Positions 59,937-64,000 of a stretch of 64,000 bases of DNA are shown one piece after another. The notes below the pieces were generated by a model, which was not told where the DNA came from, made no database searches, and worked only from the letters and a program-made list of their open reading frames with translations. The position numbers were made by a program, and so were the translations under genes. Origin of the DNA: a virus (lineage: Duplodnaviria; Heunggongvirae; Uroviricota; Caudoviricetes); IMG/VR virus record IMGVR_UViG_3300028888_000043, positions 73,756 to 137,755 of that record; one strand, 5' to 3'. How positions within the stretch are numbered: the stretch's first letter is position 1; every line of letters begins with the position of its first letter.

Positions 59937-60924
59937 AATTCATTACCATTTTTATAAAGTCATTGAATGTGAAACTCTCTATGTTCTTGTAGTGTTCAGT
60001 CTTCCTTGCACCCTGGAGTACCTCCCTTTTGTCTTCATCAGTAAGTACATTACAAATGAGACCATTCTTGTTGATGTACCATTTCAAAGTCTTGATGGTG
60101 ATATCCTTGTATTGGGCATTCTCCTTCTCATACCAGCAAGGTTTGTTCATGTCAAGGTACACCTTACAGATGACATCAAAGGCACTCTTGGCAATCTCCT
60201 TCTTATCCTTGTTCAAAAGTTTCATAACCTCCACCACACTGTCATTTGAATAAATCAGTTGGTGAAGAGTCTTCATTATGAACTTCGGATCATGGGTGAC
60301 AGATTCCGGATTGTTCCTCCAACAATAGACAGGTATGTTGAGACACTTCGTGGACTTGGAATTGAAGTTGGTCATAATGTTGAAGAAACTGTCCTCATTC
60401 GCCCATATCTTCTCATTGAAGTAAAGACCATTCTTTACAAGGAAACTTCTCCTGTAAACCCTTCCATGGATGTAGATGTTGTTGTGATCAATGATTGACA
60501 TCGCCCAGGTCTTCTTTTCAGTATCATACTTTTCAAGATAGAACTTGGAACTCATCAAATCAAACGGTTTACCCTCATCCTCACTCATCTTGATATTCTC
60601 AAAAATTATCTTGATGGCAAAGGTATTACAGAACCCATCATCAGAATCACAGAACATCACATAGTCTGCATCAGACAACAACAGTGCAGAGTTCCTGGTA
60701 GCAGACACTCCCCTGTGCTTACAGACCACATAATCAATGTCATAAGAATATTTGTCAAGGAATTTCCTGTCAAGCAAATATCCCCCACCATCGGAACAGA
60801 TGATGACACCTATGTCTTTCTTGTCAATATATACCTGACACTCTATGGAATCAAGAAGGAAAGATATGACTTCCTCTGTCTCTTTGTATTGGGGAACTAA
60901 AAACTGAAGTCTTTTATGTTCCAT
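59923..60924 (-). CDS. glycosyltransferase family 2
   Basis: LVPQYK, IICSDG, GVSATRN, YVMFCDSDD, NEDSFF; 13-mer at 60947-60959. Confidence 0.88.
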   Translation of the reverse strand: MEHKRLQFLVPQYKETEEVISFLLDSIECQVYIDKKDIGVIICSDGGGYLLDRKFLDKYSYDIDYVVCKHRGVSATRNSALLLSDADYVMFCDSDDGFCNTFAIKIIFENIKMSEDEGKPFDLMSSKFYLEKYDTEKKTWAMSIIDHNNIYIHGRVYRRSFLVKNGLYFNEKIWANEDSFFNIMTNFNSKSTKCLNIPVYCWRNNPESVTHDPKFIMKTLHQLIYSNDSVVEVMKLLNKDKKEIAKSAFDVICKVYLDMNKPCWYEKENAQYKDITIKTLKWYINKNGLICNVLTDEDKREVLQGARKTEHYKNIESFTFNDFIKMVMNYESK

Positions 60925-60963
60925 ATAATAGAAATATTTTATATGTTAAATATAACAAAAAAG

Positions 60964-60991
60964 AAAAAGGACTTGTTTCCAAGTCCTTTTT
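60964..60991 (-). terminator. rho-independent terminator
   Basis: aaaaaggacttg/caagtccttttt. Confidence 0.8.
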
Positions 60992-61015
60992 CAAATTATT
61001 CTATTTTGTTAACTC

Positions 61016-63076
61016 TTATGGCTGAACAGGCTCAACAGGAGCAACAGTCTTAACACCAGCAACTGAATCATCAACATAGACATCAGTTACAAACTCGCCA
61101 GCAGCAATGGTGACAGTACCATTAGCAACACTATATGTTGAAGCAGCGGCAACATCAAGACCAGCAACTGAAGAATCTGATACAAGTGTGTAAGAACCAG
61201 GGATTGAAACAGCAGACTGCTTTGAAGAATCAATACCCAACCAATCATACTTACTTGTAGTCAATGATGTTCCAACAGAACCTGTGAGAGTACCTGTTGC
61301 GGTACCAGCACTCCAAGAAGGAAGTGAACCTGCATTGAGACCAACAGCAACTGTATCAGCAGGGATAGCAGCTGTGATAGTTGTGTTCTCAAGTTTAGGA
61401 CTGTTCTTGGTGATGTCAGCATCAACTGTTGAAATCTTCTTGTAAGCAATACCAGCAGTGTAGTTGTGCTCAGTATCCTTATCAAGATAGAACTTGACAG
61501 CAGCACCCTGTGTGAGTTCAACAGCCTTTGTCAAAATACTCTTGAAAGAGATTGAAGTTTCAGCCTGGTTGATACCACCAGTTGTGAAATCAGTAGGAGT
61601 AGCAGATGCACCTGAAAGCTTTGCACCACTCTTGGTGAATGCCTTGAACTTAATATCATCAGCAGCCTTTGAAAGGGCAACAGGAGTCATGAAAGCAGCT
61701 GTACTGAATGAAAGAACATGATCGTTCACAGAAGCGGCAACCATAGCATTGGCCTTGAATGATGAGTTAGCATCAGAAATAAGAGATGTAGCACCAACTG
61801 AAACAGATGTAACAACATCACCAGAAGCACCCTCTGAACCAAGACCACTGAAGAACCATGAAGCAGCTGTATCCTCAACAACTGAACCAAAGTCAACAGC
61901 TGTGATTACAGAACTACCACCACCTGAAAGACCAGTCAAAACATCAGAACCGGTACCGATTGTAACAGCACCAACACTGATTGAAGAAACAAGGTCACCT
62001 GACTCACCAGCAGCACTGAGACCACTTACGAATGTGTTAGCAGAAGCAGCAGCACTTACAGCACCAGGAACTTCAAAGTCAGCAGCCTTCTCACCATCAG
62101 CATTTGTCCAAGCATGGATACCACTGACAAATGACTTACCCTCGGCAGCAACAAGACCACTTACATAAGTGAGAGAATTGTCAGAAGCAGAACCTTCTGC
62201 AAGAGAGACAGACTTGATAGCAACAACACTGGTCACATAGTCACCAGTAGCACCATCAGTAGCATTGACCTTACCGATTGAAAGAGAATGTGAAAGGCTC
62301 ACATTGATAGCAGAAGCATTCATGCTGATTTCTGGAAGAGTACCTGCATCCCAAGTGAAATCACCAGGAACAAGAACCTTCTCACTGATAGTAACAGCAC
62401 CATCTGCAAGAGCGGTAGGGAGGTCAATACTTTCAGCCTTTGAAATGTCCAATCCACCATCAGTACCCTTTGAAAGTGCAACACGCATAGAAGGAACTAC
62501 AACATTTGCATTTTCAAGATCAAGGGTAGCAAGAGCATTCTTGGTAACCTTTGTCTTTGCCAAGACATCAGCATAGTCAATAGCAAGTTTCAAAGTAGAA
62601 CCCTCAACAGTAAGTACATCCTGAAGAGTACCTGTAAGTTTTACAGGAGCCACACCTTCAGCAACTGGGGCTACAATAGATACCTGGTTTTCACCCTGGA
62701 TAATTCTCCAAGCAGCACCATCATAGACTGCCATATCACCAGCCTCAACAACCTGACCACTAAATGTAGTATTGGCAGTAATATAAACCAAGTCACCCTT
62801 TGCAGGTGTGAAGGTATTTCCGCCAGATGTCTTTGCCTGACCATCAGAACCTACAGTACCAGCAAAACGGATAGGATCCTGAACAAGGTCTGTAAGAGTA
62901 GGGATAGTAATTTCAATAGCCTGTGTACCATCCCAAATAGCACCAGTAGTATCACTATTACCAGCAAGGAATTTAATACCATTCTTTACAGCCACATCAA
63001 AGAGTGTGGAATCGGCATTAATCTGCTGAATGTAATTTGATGAAGATACACCAGTAAATTGATAAACGTTTGGCAT
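61016..63076 (-). CDS. Ala/Gly/Ser/Val/Thr-rich fibre or adhesin-like protein
   Basis: GDLVYI...VEAGDMAVYDG..W module; repeated GDxVTS/FVSG units; strongly biased codons. Confidence 0.75.
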   Translation of the reverse strand: MPNVYQFTGVSSSNYIQQINADSTLFDVAVKNGIKFLAGNSDTTGAIWDGTQAIEITIPTLTDLVQDPIRFAGTVGSDGQAKTSGGNTFTPAKGDLVYITANTTFSGQVVEAGDMAVYDGAAWRIIQGENQVSIVAPVAEGVAPVKLTGTLQDVLTVEGSTLKLAIDYADVLAKTKVTKNALATLDLENANVVVPSMRVALSKGTDGGLDISKAESIDLPTALADGAVTISEKVLVPGDFTWDAGTLPEISMNASAINVSLSHSLSIGKVNATDGATGDYVTSVVAIKSVSLAEGSASDNSLTYVSGLVAAEGKSFVSGIHAWTNADGEKAADFEVPGAVSAAASANTFVSGLSAAGESGDLVSSISVGAVTIGTGSDVLTGLSGGGSSVITAVDFGSVVEDTAASWFFSGLGSEGASGDVVTSVSVGATSLISDANSSFKANAMVAASVNDHVLSFSTAAFMTPVALSKAADDIKFKAFTKSGAKLSGASATPTDFTTGGINQAETSISFKSILTKAVELTQGAAVKFYLDKDTEHNYTAGIAYKKISTVDADITKNSPKLENTTITAAIPADTVAVGLNAGSLPSWSAGTATGTLTGSVGTSLTTSKYDWLGIDSSKQSAVSIPGSYTLVSDSSVAGLDVAAASTYSVANGTVTIAAGEFVTDVYVDDSVAGVKTVAPVEPVQP

Positions 63077-63110
63077 AATTTATTTGTTTTTATATTGTAT
63101 GTTTATTATT

Positions 63111-63524
63111 TTATATTGCTTTCCAGGTTAACTTGAAAGTCTTTTCATTAACTTTTTCAGCAATTCTATCATAATCAGAATCTGTAAGTTCAACATCTGG
63201 ATGATAATCTTCAAGTTCTTCCTTGGTAACATAGTCTTCAAGATAAGAACTTAAATCAAGTTCACCAAGAATTTCATCTTTGAGATTACTTATCCTCTCC
63301 TGAATCTCTTCTATACTTCCTTCGGCAGCCTCAACCCTTGATACCAGTTCAGCAAATCTCTCTCCACCTATCTCCTTGTTATTAAGGAGAATCATATCAT
63401 CCTGATTATCAGTTGGTGCAAACCACATCTGTGGTTCATCATTCACAACATCAACCCAGTAGAATGCTCCTGGAACCGGAGTTGCGGGTTTATTATGCCT
63501 ATGTATAAATCCTACAAAATTCAT
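63111..63524 (-). CDS. hypothetical structural protein
   Basis: CATAAATA at 63529-63536; DLSSYLEDYVTKEEL motif typical of fibre proteins. Confidence 0.7.
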   Translation of the reverse strand: MNFVGFIHRHNKPATPVPGAFYWVDVVNDEPQMWFAPTDNQDDMILLNNKEIGGERFAELVSRVEAAEGSIEEIQERISNLKDEILGELDLSSYLEDYVTKEELEDYHPDVELTDSDYDRIAEKVNEKTFKLTWKAI

Positions 63525-63556
63525 AATATATTTATGTAAACTTTAATTTGAAACTA

Positions 63557-64000
63557 CTAATCCAGTTTCACATATTTTGCTGAAGTACTGAAAGCAGTAT
63601 TAGGTTCTTGCTGTACCCAAGTACCTGAAATCATCTTGAACACCTTCTTGACAGGAATCCAACTTTCTGACAACTTCACAAACAATCCCGGTGATACTGT
63701 CAGTGTCCTTGATTCATCTGCCAACAATATGTAATTAGGATTACTCAAACTATCAGCAACCCTTGCTGTTACTGTTTGTGTTCCAACTGATGTAATAGAG
63801 TTTCCAAACAATGTAACATTACAAGTATCACCTGAAATAAGATTTGTCACAACACAAGTGGTGTGATGTTCATTTCCATCATATACCCAAGTCAATGGAC
63901 CCCATTCAAGAGTAGCAGGTCTTGGACCAATAGTCAATTGATATGACCCAACATAATCATTATGATTGCTTGCATATACCTTGAAATAAATTGTACCAGA
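63557..64000 (-). CDS. partial (5'-truncated) structural protein with Ig/MBG-like domain
   Basis: Frame stays open to window edge (SGTIYFKVYASN...); VYDGNEH motif. Confidence 0.7.
   Translation of the reverse strand, partial: SGTIYFKVYASNHNDYVGSYQLTIGPRPATLEWGPLTWVYDGNEHHTTCVVTNLISGDTCNVTLFGNSITSVGTQTVTARVADSLSNPNYILLADESRTLTVSPGLFVKLSESWIPVKKVFKMISGTWVQQEPNTAFSTSAKYVKLD

Noticed and set aside
63557-63937. TTG start at 63937 given by the ORF track
   Set aside because: The frame is open to base 64000, so the gene starts outside the window
1-64000. Stop-codon reassignment (TAG to Gln, as in Lak and some crAss-like phages)
   Set aside because: ORFs of 2849, 1693 and 1231 aa are intact in code 11, and TAG ends genes cleanly (2009; 4416 just before a terminator)
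1-64000. Prophage, integrase, transposase, intron or intein
   Set aside because: No recombinase, transposase, homing-endonuclease or intein motifs recognised; gene content fits a lytic phage throughout

Overview
The window is a 64 kb segment of a large lytic dsDNA phage with T4-like features (UvsW helicase, UvsY-like and gp2-like genes, a gp55-style late promoter). It most likely infects Bacteroidota/Bacteroidales, judged from canonical TTTG-N20-TAnnTTTG promoters and a Bacteroidales-type OmpA-family gene. Standard code 11 fits. Layout: (1) 0.4-3.1 kb, small early-type genes behind host-type promoters; (2) 3.1-4.06 kb, a probably non-coding block with phased A-tracts, three GATCT direct repeats and a sharp C-to-G skew switch (candidate origin or terminus); (3) 4-19.8 kb, plus-strand accessory genes including BspA-like LRR proteins, an orphan DNA methyltransferase, SmpB, a DUF2828-like TROVE/vWA protein and an OmpA-family protein; (4) 19.8-33.5 kb, minus-strand glycan-synthesis cluster and collagen-like fibre genes; (5) 33.5-44.3 kb, three peptidoglycan hydrolases plus recombination/replication genes (UvsY-like, replicase-like AEP protein, UvsW); (6) 44.3-64 kb, minus-strand giant virion-type proteins, including an adjacent CotH-like kinase and metallophosphoesterase pair, and two more glycosyltransferase-like genes. 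Three classes of intergenic promoter motif are directly visible. All product calls come from motif recognition by eye; no database search was run. No tRNA, tmRNA, CRISPR array, integrase or reverse transcriptase was seen.
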